Source of the DNA: Macrostomum lignano
Lineage: Eukaryota
Direction of reading: 5' to 3'
DNA length: 64,000 nt
NCBI GenBank assembly: GCA_002269645.1
Contig: NIVC01002618.1
Coordinates: forward strand, 1-64,000
How positions within the stretch are numbered: position 1 is the first letter of the stretch; every line of letters begins with the position of its first letter. The translations under genes and the position numbers were made by a program. Of this stretch, positions 1 to 22,701 are shown piece by piece. The notes under the pieces are model-generated. The model saw nothing but the letters and a program-made list of their open reading frames with translations. It was not told where the DNA came from and ran no database searches.

Positions 1-476
1 AAATTTAAACTATGTGAACCGAAAACAATTAGTTTAATACCCAAACAATAGTCCCCATCGATTATTTCAAATGTAGGAGTAACTGCAATAGAGAGAGAAC
101 GATTGAATAAAATTATTCGATATTCCCGTGATTTCACAACATAAATAATAAAACTCCAGTGCTCTGATTCAACAACATACGGTATTCGTTGGCAACAAAC
201 AAAGCGGCAACTTAGGCAAGCGAAGTTAATCAACAAGCAAAATAGAGAATTATATAATCTAGAAAGGTAACGCTTTGAAATTGCATCAAGGATTTAAAAT
301 TGATTGCGAACCACATTTACAGAAGTGAAAGCATACAATTGGTTTACATGCAAATAAAAAGTTCTACTTTCATTTCTGGGCAAGCTGAGTATTAAATATT
401 GTTTTCAATCACTGCCACGATTCCAAGAAACTGCACTCAATAAAGCCAATCATGTAGAAAATTCAGTTTAATAGCA

Positions 477-801
477 TTGATTGACTTTATTGTCTATGGC
501 CAAGTGCAGTTCTGTGGCAGTGGCTTTGATTGGCTTTATTGTCTATGGCCACGAGTGCAGTTTTGTGGCAGTGGCTTTGATTGGCTTTATTGTCTATGGC
601 CACGAGTGCAGTTTTGTGGCAGTGGCTTTGATTGGCTTTATTGTCTATGGCCGCGAGTGCAGTTTTGTGGCAGTGGCTTTGATTGGCTTTATTGTCTATG
701 GCGCGAGTGCAGTTTGTGCAGTGGCTTATTGATTGATTATGTCTATGGCCACGAGTGCAGTTTTGTGGCAGTGGCTTTGATTGGCTTTATTGTCTATGGC
801 T
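477..801. repeat. 51-bp minisatellite, ~6 copies
   Basis: Unit GTCTATGGCCACGAGTGCAGTTTTGTGGCAGTGGCTTTGATTGGCTTTATT recurs (e.g. at 541 and 592); the ORFs here are 17-aa repeat read-throughs. Confidence 0.95.
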
Positions 802-1176
802 GAATCCAGTTCTGTTGCAGAGGCCGCTGCTACAGTGAATGGGGATTCGGAATGAATTTATCAACTTATTTATCAACTTCACTGAAAAATGCAATACTTA
901 AAAGTTTTGCGATAAAATGGTCACATCTTTCGTTTTTACCATAGACAAACCAAGGAGCCAATGAAAGCCAGAGTTCTTACTCAATATTCTACATGCTCCC
1001 ATAACAACACTTGCCTAAATTGTACTTTCATTATTGATAGTACTAAGGGAAGTGACTTATAAACAGTGAAGTGTTTTATTACCACTTTTTGTTGATTCAA
1101 ATGACACCAATTTTGAGCAAAAAGTTTCGTTATAGAATATAATAATTAGTTCACTTATTATGGCTTATCTATCAGA

Positions 1177-1422
1177 GGGCTGTCGCCTAGTGGTCTAGCG
1201 CGGTGCTCTCATGTATCAGCGGCCCAGGCTCGATTCCAAGTGCAGTCACATTAATTTGGGGCTAAATTGGAATCTCGGCTTGGCTCTGCTCGTGCAATTA
1301 ACGCCCTTGTGGGCCAACCCCCAAGGCACAGTGAAGTGTACATGCCTAACGATAGATAAAGTTAGGCCCGTTGTAGCACACTCCTGTGTGAGTGTGTGCC
1401 TGTGCGTATGACTGCGTACGTA
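1177..1422 (+). mobile_element. tRNA(Glu)-derived SINE, copy 1
   Basis: Head has an A-box (CCTAGTGGTCTAGCG), a CTC anticodon-like loop (GCTCTCA) and a B-box (GGCTCGATTCC). The non-tRNA body is shared with 5765-5962. Confidence 0.8.
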
Positions 1423-1496
1423 TCCTCTTTTAGATTTTCTTTTTATTGTCATGTAATATAGAAATTTGAGTAAATAGTTCGCGTCTCTTGACCCCT

Positions 1497-2026
1497 TACG
1501 CCGAAGTGGCACTTTGCCCTCCAGCGGGGCTAATCTTCAACAAGGTGAACTCCCTAGGGAACAGGGCATTCCCCCGGCGGGTATTAAATTCCCCGCCAGG
1601 TGCGGAGGACGACTCCATACTGTCGAAGGGGTTGTGTCGGGCTCGGAGAGGCCGAAGTCAGCAGCTGGGGACGGTTGCGAGCTGAAAGTTGCGGCGATTC
1701 CTGATTAACTTTCTGGGGCGATGTGAGGTGGACTGGGCTGTTGCTACGAGTTAAAAACTAAAAAAATAAAGGTTAACACCAAATTGTACGATTCTTACAG
1801 CATTGCGGGCTTCTCAACTTCCGGAAGACCCTTTGACGTCTGAAATTAGAGCGACAAGTCTCAGTGAAGTTTATTTGTACATAATTTAAATTGGGGAAAT
1901 TTCAAAAACTTCCTCGCTTGCTTACGGGGTTTGCGCTGCTGGTTTCGGAGTGGCTTCCTTGTCCGCCATTGGTCCCACTGAGTTGTCCTTGCTCCACGAA
2001 ATTGAAGATGACGAGGGCCGATGCGC
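1497..2026 (-). CDS. Possible cytoplasmic-tail exons of the cadherin (~2026-1925, ~1840-1799, ~1705-1497)
   Basis: GC-rich blocks with acceptor-like (TTTCAG, TAATCAG) and donor-like (GTAAG) boundaries. The reading frame across them could not be resolved. Confidence 0.35.
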
Positions 2027-2482
2027 TGAAAAATTTAGAAAATTTAGTATTTTCATTGTCTTGATTTTTTAATTTTTCATTTGCATATCCCCCAGCGTGT
2101 CACCCAAGCAACCGGTGCCATCAGCACAGACAGCTACGTCTGCCAAGGGCAACTGTCTCCTAAAGTCTCCGTCTGCACGTCTCAACAGCCAAACGGTGCT
2201 GTTAAATTTTGCAAGCCCAGCTGAGTGCCGTGGCTGCAGTGCCGCCGGTCCGGGCTTAGGCGACCCGCCAAGCGGTCGGAGGCATGCGGGAGAGGCAGGC
2301 CTCCCCCCAGGGAAAAATCTAAAAAAATGTTTCTAACAATTGACAAGGGTCCAATATGGCTGGGCATTGCTGTGCAGTAGCGCAGCGGCAGCGGCCTCAC
2401 ACCCCAACCCGCTCCGCCCTCTCAGCTGAAGCAGGCTTTCATTCTAAACAATTCAAGAAAGAAAGATTTCCCAGACACCTAC

Positions 2483-13619
<11,137 letters not shown>

Positions 13620-14149
13620 AACAGTAAAAACTGCAAATTTTTTACTTTTAAACTTTCTTCAGTCGAGTAGAGTCCAGAGAATAGCGCGGTGGAACTGGTA
13701 AGCTTAGTATAATTGAAAAAAAAATCGCTCTGCTTTATGGCAAAAGAAGAGGCGGTGAAAAACTGAGGTTGGGGGCGGGGTTGGGGGTTGGATTGGTTGG
13801 CAGGTCCGCATAGAGACAGCGAGCTTTGTGAGCCCCGGACGCGTTGCCAGGGTTACTAAAGCAAGGCTACAGCATCTCCTGCATCCTAGTGGCTGGCTAC
13901 TCCAGGCAGGGTCTTGATTTCTCGTCTTCATGCAGCAGGTCGATGCCGACAAATCCTCCGACTACTCAGCCTCCCGTCCGCTTGGACCTGGCCGCCGCCA
14001 GCTGATGCCTGGGGAAGATTGGGGAAATAGGGGATTGTGGCAAAAAATTAGATGGAGGGAAAGTATGCGCGGAAAAAAAGTGGAAGAGTGGAAGACAGGC
14101 ATTGAGGATCGTCTCTGTGATCTCTGTTTAGGTATAGACAATTAAACAT

Positions 14150-15558
14150 ACGAGAATAGACACTCTGATAGACACTTAGAGATAGACACTTGGGGATAGA
14201 CACAATTAGAGACAGATACAATTAGCGATAGACACTTAGAGATAGTCACAATTAGGGACAGACACTTAAGGATAGTCACATCCCCGGGCATTCGGGCCAC
14301 CCCGGCAACGAGTTGGCCGATCGCCTGGCCAAGGCTGGCTCGACCGGTTCTTTTACTGGTCCCCTGCCCGTGGCCCCCACCCTCATCGCCGTTGTCACCA
14401 CTCGGATCAACCAGTGGGTGGCTTCAAAGCACAGGGAGAGGTCGGCTGACACCCCCGACTGCCGGCAATCCCGCGCGGCTGTCCCCTGTCCTTCCTCCGC
14501 CCTGCGCAGGGCCCTGATTGGACTCAACCGCAGGGACATCAAGGCGGTGAACATGGCCCTCTCGGGTCATGGCTGCTTTGCCAGGCATCGCCCCCTCCAG
14601 GGAAAAATCTGCAGTGAGGAATGCCCAATCTGCCTCTCCGGTGTCAAGAATGCGGAGCACTTTATCTGTGAATGCCCCGCCTTTACTCAGGACAGGCTCA
14701 CCTACCTCGGCCCAAACCCGGACCTCTCCGACGTTTTCAGGCCCGAGAATCTCTGCCAGCTCGTCCGCTACCTGAGGGCTACAGGGCGAGCGACAGTCCA
14801 CCTCTTGGACTCTCCGGAGCGGGACCGCGCTGCGGACACCGGCACCACCGGAACTCCCTGCACGACACCGCAGCACCAGCTGCCGTGGTCACCAGGGGTT
14901 GGCGAAATGGGCGGCAACGCCTCCTCGCTCTTTCTGGACGCACGGAGCCCCCTGCAGCTAATTCAATTAAATAGGGATAGTCGCAATTAGAGACAGACAC
15001 TTATGGATAGTCGCAATTAGAGACAGACACTTATGGATAGTCGCAATTAGAGACAGACACTTATGGATAGTCGCAATTAGAGACAGACACTTATGGATAG
15101 TCGCAATTAGAGACAGACACTTATGGATAGTCGCAATTAGAGACAGACACTTATGGATAGTCGCAATTAGAGACAGACACTTATGGATAGTCGCAATTAG
15201 AGACAGACACTTATGGATAGTCGCAATTAGAGACAGACACATCTAGAGATGGACAATTAGAGACAGACACATCTAGAGATGGACAATTAGAGACAGACAC
15301 ATCTAGAGATGGACAATTAGAGACAGACACATCTATAGATGGACAATTAGAGACAGACACATCTAGAGATGGACAATTAGAGACAGACACATCTATAGAT
15401 GGACAATTAGAGACAGACACATCTAGAGATGGACAATTAGAGACAGACACATCTATAGATGGACAATTAGAGACAGACACATCTAGAGATGGACAATTAG
15501 AGACAGACACATCTATAGATGGACAATTAGAGACAGACACATCTAGAGATGGACAATA
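14150..15558. repeat. 30-bp minisatellite family, interrupted by a LINE fragment at 14281-14972
   Basis: TTATGGATAGTCGCAATTAGAGACAGACAC, then ATCTAGAGATGGACAATTAGAGACAGACAC; degenerate copies at 14150-14280. Confidence 0.9.
14281..14972 (+). mobile_element. 5'-truncated RNase H-bearing non-LTR retrotransposon (3' end: RNase H C-terminus and CCHC zinc knuckle)
   Basis: [19 protein letters not shown] is the RNase H C-terminal motif; [18 protein letters not shown] is a CCHC finger followed by DRLTYLG. This order is typical of I/R1/LOA-type LINEs. Confidence 0.85.
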
Positions 15559-16830
15559 GGATAAATAGACTCTCATATAGAATCCGCTCCTGCACGCAGC
15601 TACAAACTTACTGCATCTACTGTTAATATTTTTAAAATGCGCTGATGGAATCATAAAACACAGTGCTTTCTACGTAATAGAAAGAATTATCTGCAACAGT
15701 CACTAAATTTACGTAACTGCATGGCTGCAGAAAGCTGAAAATGAGGAATTTTGCCGCCCTCTGGGAAGCTGCGAGGGAAGCGCGGATGCTGGAGAGTCAG
15801 AGATGAGGCACAAAATTGACAATGCTAAATGGGATTTGACAGTCACGGTGAATGCAGTGAATGCGGGAGCTTGGTGACAGCTCTCAAATCCTTCGACAGT
15901 CGGTGTGGCGCATCCATAAGCCATTGGGAAGAGAAACAATGGGGAGTTATTGTCTAAGCAATTTGTTGTCCGTATGAATAGCTCTGCAGCCGGAGGTGGA
16001 TGTTGAAAAAAAGGCAGCACTAAAAATGTTCAGTCTTTTGCCAGCCAAGCTGCACATAACACACGGCATGAGTGTCGGTGGCAACTAATACCACTATAAA
16101 CCTATGCACGGCTCAAGGAATACTGCCTAGTTACCATCTGGATTGGGTGTGCAGAGACTGCAAGCACTTGATTATTAACGCAGTATTAATAGTTTTAAAA
16201 CTCCATGGAGGAATTTACAATCGATAGCTCTTTGCCTCTCTTCCATCCTGAACGGCTTCCAGCTCAACCGTCTCACTCCGTCTCTCTCGCTTTCCGTGCG
16301 CTAGGATTTTAACAATTTCTAAAGTAAAAAAGCGCTCCTTTTGACACACAGGAGGGGGGAGGCAACACCTATTAGTCAGGGTCGATGGAACTTCTTAATG
16401 TTTAACATCTTCACTCACTTGGCAATTTTTTCCACTATATTTGGCAAGCCCGAGCCATGTAGCCAGTGAGAGTTGCAGCAGCAGCCAACTTTGGCGTTTC
16501 ATCATCTTGGAAAATCTATTTTTAGTATTTCATCAGCGCGGCTCTTCTCGTTTCCGCTCCTCTCGTGTCCGCAAAGTTTCCGGTTGTATTTAAAAACATC
16601 AATTGTAGTCATGACAACGGCTTGATTAAAACTCTTCACCAATTCACAATAGACTGAGTGCAATTATTTCAATTAGTAAGAAGTTGTACTAAATGTGTGA
16701 AGATTTCACGGTTAATTTGTTATTGTTGAATCGATTGGCAGTGGGGGCTGGTTTGAATACAATTCCCTGTTAGAATTACGAATGGGCAGAAAACCATGAT
16801 ACTGTCAAAAAGCAGTTTAATTCTCTACAG

Positions 16831-17145
16831 TATTACCTCAGCGGTCTGGGTGGTTCCGGACGTCTGCGAGGATCTTTGGCGTCGCTTCTGGCTTGCAAGA
16901 CCCTATTTGACGGCTTGAGGGCGGCAATGTTTCAAATGGCGGTTGAGAACGTCCGGCTGTACAATTACGTCAAAGCGGACTCGCTGGAACAGAAAGCCGA
17001 CGCTTTGGACCCGCTCGGCTTTAAGATAGGCGACGAGCAAATTACCAACGGGAACTTTATCTTGGTCTACGCTGGCAGGCCACACATCATCCGCACCGCG
17101 TCGCACTGCTCCCAGCCGACAGTGCTGTATACACAGGATTTTTAA
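16831..17145 (+). CDS. Unidentified short GC-rich ORF or exon
   Basis: Acceptor TTCTCTACAG at 16821-16830 is followed by an open frame (YYLSG...MAVENVRLYNYVKADSLEQKADALDPLGFKIGDEQITNGNFILVY...); no family recognised. Confidence 0.4.
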   Translation, partial: YYLSGLGGSGRLRGSLASLLACKTLFDGLRAAMFQMAVENVRLYNYVKADSLEQKADALDPLGFKIGDEQITNGNFILVYAGRPHIIRTASHCSQPTVLYTQDF

Positions 17146-17199
17146 TTGGAGAAGGCGGCAAGCCTTTGGGGTACCAATATTTAGTGTCTTGGTGGCCAC

Positions 17200-17650
17200 A
17201 CCCCTGTCTCTTGGTTGGGCGCCCCTGTCTCTTGGTTGGGCGCCCCTGTCTCTTGTGAGCGCCCCTGTCTCTTGGTTGGGCGCCCCTGTCTCTTGGTTGG
17301 GCGCCCCTGTCTCTTGGTTGGGCGCCCCTGTCTCTTGTGAGCGCCCCTGTCTCTTGGTTGGGCGCCCCTGTCTCTTGGTTGGGCGCCCCTGTCTCTTGGT
17401 TGGGTGCCCCTGTCTCTTGGTTGGGACCTCTGTCTCTTGGTTGGGCGCCCCTGTCTCTTGGTTGGGCGCCCCTGTCTCTTGGTTGGGTGCCCCTGTCTCT
17501 TGGTTGGGACCTCTGTCTCTTGGTTGGGCGCCCCTGTCTCTTGGTGGGCCATCCCTGTCTCTTGGTGGGCCATCCCTGTCTCTTGGTGGGCCATCCCTGT
17601 CTCTTGGTGGGCCATCCCTGTCTCTTGGTGGGCCATCCCTGTCTGTCTCT
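17200..17650. repeat. ~21-bp minisatellite GCGCCCCTGTCTCTTGGTTGG
   Basis: Direct periodicity; accounts for the overlapping low-complexity ORFs. Confidence 0.95.
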
Positions 17651-19427
17651 TAGTGGGTTGCCCCTGGTGTCTTGGAGGATCCAACCCCTACTTTAAGCTG
17701 GTGGATGCCATGTCTAATAGAGACAAAAAATATGTTTGTTTCATTCGTCGAGCTTGTTTGCCATTTTTCCTTTACTTTTGTGAGGAGGCAATTGAGGGGA
17801 GGGGGCCCCTATTTTCTAATCTAATTCTATTCGAGTAATTCTAATTTTAATATGAACTTTAGAGTTTGTGGAACTGTCAAAACTGTGATACATCCGTGCA
17901 AGACTAATTAAATGTCATTACGAGCTGTACGAGCTATGATCGGTATAGCTACATGTACTTCCTGCAGGCATGCATAGCCAGATCGAGTTTCTTTCTATAC
18001 AAAATACTTCACGATTGTTTGTAAAATCCATTGTCAATGTGAATGTGGGAGATGAAGATGACTGTTGGACAGGGGGTTCATTTCTTTGTAATTTGTTATA
18101 GGTGGCGTTTAAATTTAAAATGAATCTTCATCTCGGTGCAGGTGAGCGTTAAAATGTAGGACTTGGAAATGTGAGACATTATAGGAATCGATGAGTAAGT
18201 CACTTTATTGGTTTTGTATTTCGCATTAGCTATTATTCATGTGAATTGCATGCTTTTTGAAAGCAAAGCAGAATCTGATTTTTCATTAGTTAAAATGTGT
18301 AATTGTACAAGGCCGCGGGGATTTCACCATGCTGAATACATATTGTGTACTGCATGTACTCAATTAAGTACAACCAGTGAAACGTGGTAAAATGTTTATG
18401 TACTCGCAACTTCAGCATAGCACTCATATTTTCAATAACAATAAATTATAAATACGTACTGTAACTAATTTTGAGAACAGTAGTGCGATAGATGAAGAGT
18501 GATTGATTAAAAGTACAAAATTAACAAATCTGAGTAGTTTATTATTGTCGTAGGTCGACCAATTGTGAGAAGATTATCAATTCATCACCTCGGCTCTCGA
18601 TTCAGGTCAGTTCGTCATCTTAATTAGCAACCACTATAACTCACACTAACTGAGGAGCCATTTTTGTCATCATCCACCATGATAATTTCAATTCCGAATG
18701 AAAATTGTACTGAAATGCAAAAATGTTGTGTACAATAAAATAAAGTTGATGGAGTCTATATTTTTATACGAATTTTTACATTAAAAGACTTTGGCATCCA
18801 TTTTATTGGCAAATTCGCTCTTTATAATGAATAGAGTATCAAGCCTTTACGTTACAAAAAATACTGCGTTTTAAAAAACCGGAAAAATAAGATTTTAACG
18901 AAGTAGTTTTAATTCATACCGCGTAGTAGAAATTCTTATCATGTGTTTGGGAACAATAAAGTAATATAGCCTTTTGTCTTTACAATCAAAAAATAGGTCT
19001 TTTGTCTTTAAAATAAATTTTCTGAAACATTACAATATTTCGCCGAAACTGGCAACTGGTACTTTGCTGCTGAAAGCTAGGTCTCGTACCCGCTTCCGCT
19101 TCCTCCCGCTTGCCGCTTATAATTGTATTAGGCCTAGGCCTAGGGCTTAATTAAAATGTACAGTCTAGGAGCCTAACAACAAGTCCAGTTGTTTTTACTT
19201 AGGTTGAAAGCCTGAGCATTCATTTTACAAAAAAATAATAGATAAATAACAAACCATCTAATTATAGAAACTGTCATACACTGATACACTGACTAGGCCT
19301 ATAACTGTAATGTACCCATTCTCAAAAATATTCCAGTGTTGCAACATTAAATGACCTTTTTAAATTGCGTAATAGACCTTTTTTGGTAGATAATTTGGTT
19401 GATTTGTATGCCTTTTGGCAATACTAT

Positions 19428-19670
19428 TGGCGCATGACCAAGACTGCCATACACCAAGACCACCACAGCTATTACTGGCTACTGGTATTGAGGGGGAGCT
19501 ACCAATCTTCTAGCATTGCTATTCCTCTCATAGGTTCTTTTCTCGCTGCTGGCTCTCCTACCCACTCATCTCCTCTCTAGCACCATCTAATAACACATAA
19601 ATTCAAATTCTCCCTAAGCTCCCCACCAAGTGTGGCGCTCTTGGTGTGTGGCAGTCTTGGTCCTACACCA
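19428..19670. mobile_element. 243-bp MITE with ~32-bp TIRs (TG...CA ends) and a 6-bp TSD
   Basis: Left end TGGCGCATGACCAAGACTGCCATACACCAAGA; right end reverse complement TGGTGTAGGACCAAGACTGCCACACACCAAGA; TACTAT at 19422-19427 and 19671-19676. Confidence 0.85.
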
Positions 19671-20770
19671 TACTATTTATAGCAAAAAATTAATACACAA
19701 AGATTTGTTAAAATGCTTTGTTACAAGTTCATAAACCAAAAGGCTTAAAATTAATGCTTAAACATAAACTTTTTTTCTTTTTTTCTACTTTACAATCACG
19801 AATCACTTTTCCACATAATTCTATAAAGTGCATGCTAGGTGTATATACATATTATTTTCTTAGGAGTCATGCACTGCACACACAGCACACCAACTATGCA
19901 TGCCCAATATAATCCCAAACGCAAGAAAAAAATTATTCCCAATCCTGATCCCACCCAAAGATTTCAATCATGTCCAACCTCTAATTATTAGTATATATTG
20001 TATTTTTTATTTTAAAGCTTATTATTAATAATGAGAGATTTGCAAGTCATAATCATATATAAAATAAAATATAGGGCCTATATTTCAAGTAAGATGTAAC
20101 TTTCAAGTTTTATAGGTTTAATTTTATTTGTCACAAAATTTCAAAGAAATATGATAGGCCTAGGCCTAACTTGTTATTTAAATCCTATAAAAAGACAATT
20201 TTAATTTTAACTATCTTATAGTTACATGATAGGTATTCAATTTTTTCGTTGTGTCATTTATAAATTTTAAATTTTTGTTCAGACGTGCACCTAGCATGAT
20301 TTGGACTATAATATTATTTTTAGTAATAGGGCCTAGCAATCATGAAAAATATTTTTAATTTTAATAAGTCATCTTATCAAGCTTTGTTTTCTATAGGCTA
20401 TATAGGCCTATTAAAAATCAATTATTTGAAAACAAAAAAACTTGTAATTATAAGTTTTTATTTTTTAGGCCTTTTTTACTTAGGACAAGATCAGGATTAT
20501 GTCTTTTTGCCCAATAAAATTCTGGCATATAGAAGCCTTTTCATGTCAATATATTAGAGCATATATTCAATAGTAAAAAAGCATAGAATGCAGCACAATG
20601 TAATTTACAAGTTGCACTATATTTAAAGTATATTATATCAAAACAAACATAAAAAAGATAAGAAACCTAGGTTTTTTTTGGCACTAAGCCATAGTTTAGA
20701 AAATAACATGTATACTAAGATTTCTTAGTATATAACAAGGGTATTCACCATTTTAATATATACTAATAAT

Positions 20771-21651
20771 CAGTGTTGGGCACTAGTCCGTTAATAAGCA
20801 TTAATCTGTTAATAAGCGTTAATAAGCATTAAGATTTTTCATTAATGTTAACGGACTGCCGTTAAGATTTTTTGAACTAATGGATTAACGAATTTGCGTT
20901 AAAAATTTTGTGAATTAACAATAAATTCATCGTTAATGGTAGTGTCTATGTCAATGACCAAAGACGCAAAGAAGGAACAAAAAATAGAAGTCTTACAAGA
21001 AGTTTAAACATTATGAACGTATTTGAGCTTACCTATATATATGCCTAAATATAATTTCTTTATTTATGACGATGATCATACAGACGTACATGTAATTAAC
21101 AACTTCTTACAAATAAACTAAATAAAATGATTTAAAATAGTGAAACTTTATTTCTCGCGCATGAGCATCAATCACTTTGATTCATTTCTGTCCCAATCTT
21201 TTGCAACTTTCTGCTGCGCCTGCTAATGGTACTGAAACAACCTTCCTATGCGTATTTAATTATGAATTTCTTGCTATTAGCTTTTAAGTTTCAAATAAAA
21301 TAAGTTACTTTTTTACCATATGCTTTACTTTTAGTAGTATTATGCATGCAAGTTTTTAAAATGATTATTTATTACTTTTTTAGCTTTCAAATTGCTTAGA
21401 TGACCTCTGTGTTTCGCTAAAAAGATGGAATAGCAAAGATGTGCAATAGAAAGTCTGTTTTGGAAAAAACGTGCAAGATTTCCATATTTTCTGTGTTAAA
21501 TTTAATGGATTAACGCTTATTAACAATTATCAATTAACTTTCAGTTAACTTAACGAAATTAGGAGTTAAAAAGTTAAGATTTTTTTGTTTTAATGCTAAC
21601 ACTTTTGCTATTAATGGAAGTTAAGATTTTTATTAACGGTGCCCAACACTG
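20771..21651. mobile_element. Non-autonomous hAT-like element (881 bp)
   Basis: TIRs CAGTGTTGGGCAC / GTGCCCAACACTG; 8-bp TSD CTAATAAT / TTAATAAT; subterminal GTTAA-type repeats. Confidence 0.85.
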
Positions 21652-21921
21652 TTAATAATATATTCTAACATACATGACATTGTAAAAACATTGTGTCAAT
21701 GACATTGTTTAGTTCCAGCATACAAACAGAGGTCTTATAATTTTTTTGGCATCAGACCTAGTCAGCTATGTACTAGTCATTTTGGTGACAAGTCATTTCA
21801 AGTCAAGACAAGACAAGTTTCAAGACAAGTCATTTTGCAGGGAATTGGTTAAATGCAAAAACTTTTAGAGTGACTTCTTATATATAATAAGTATATATAT
21901 GCATATATAGCACATACATAC

Positions 21922-22170
21922 ACAACAGTTGGCTAAGTTGGCTGATCTGGCTAACTGATTTGGTGGCCAACCAAGTTAAGTCGCATAAATGCCCACCCGA
22001 GTAAATACCCAAGTAGTACTAAGTTGATAATGAAGCATTTTGCCTTAATAAGATAGTCATAGTTACTCTTGCCATTTATCCAAAGTTACGTTAATTTTTC
22101 TTTTGGGTTTTTTTAATGTAAGTCACATTTTTTGGCTAAAAACTATATTACATTTTTTAATACTTAGTCA
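21922..22170. repeat. Dispersed ~250-bp repeat, copy 1
   Basis: Shares GATTTGGTGGCCAACCAA, AAGTAGTACTAAGT, AGTCATAGTTACTC and ATGTAAGTCACATTTTT in the same order with 59863-60125. Confidence 0.8.
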
Positions 22171-22701
22171 TTAGGCACATATAAACTATAGGAAGGCCAT
22201 AGGCCTAGCCTTGTGGTCTAGCATGACACTGATATGTCAGTAGCCTTTGCTAATGCATGATTTCAAATGTAGTTATATTAATTTAGGCCTTAGTAGAATT
22301 ATTTAAGCTTAGGTCTACTTATGCAATTAATACCCTTAAGTCATAAGGGTGAACTCTTAAGGCATAGTGACAATGAAATATATATGCTTAAATGATAAAT
22401 AAATTAGAGCTATTGTATATCTATATGAATATATGCATGGCTTAATAATATTGTTTTTGTTGTGGAACCTATTAGTATATTAAGCTTTACACTAATAAAT
22501 TACCTTGTAGTTAGATAGGCTTAGACCACTGTGATTCAAAATCACCTCACTGTAGCACTGGATGGTATAAGAGCATTTGCATGATACATATTTAACTGTG
22601 TGTTGGTACTAGATGAATTCTTATACACTTTATACACTTAGATAACCCTTTAAATACACTGCATGTAAATATTTTGAGCAGCTCTGAGCCTTATAAATGC
22701 C

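Noticed and set aside
1497-1590. Minus-strand LFPREFTLLK resembling the start of a RET/Cad96Ca-like tyrosine kinase
   Set aside because: No GxGxxG loop follows and no kinase exons are visible downstream; the similarity is too short.
13704-13952. Minus-strand ORF as the first cadherin exon
   Set aside because: A better signal-peptide exon (13619-13553) with a GTAAGC donor and the correct phase exists.
15700-16560. Possible decayed transposase or exon fragments
   Set aside because: Only short protein-like stretches with stops in every frame and no recognisable motif.
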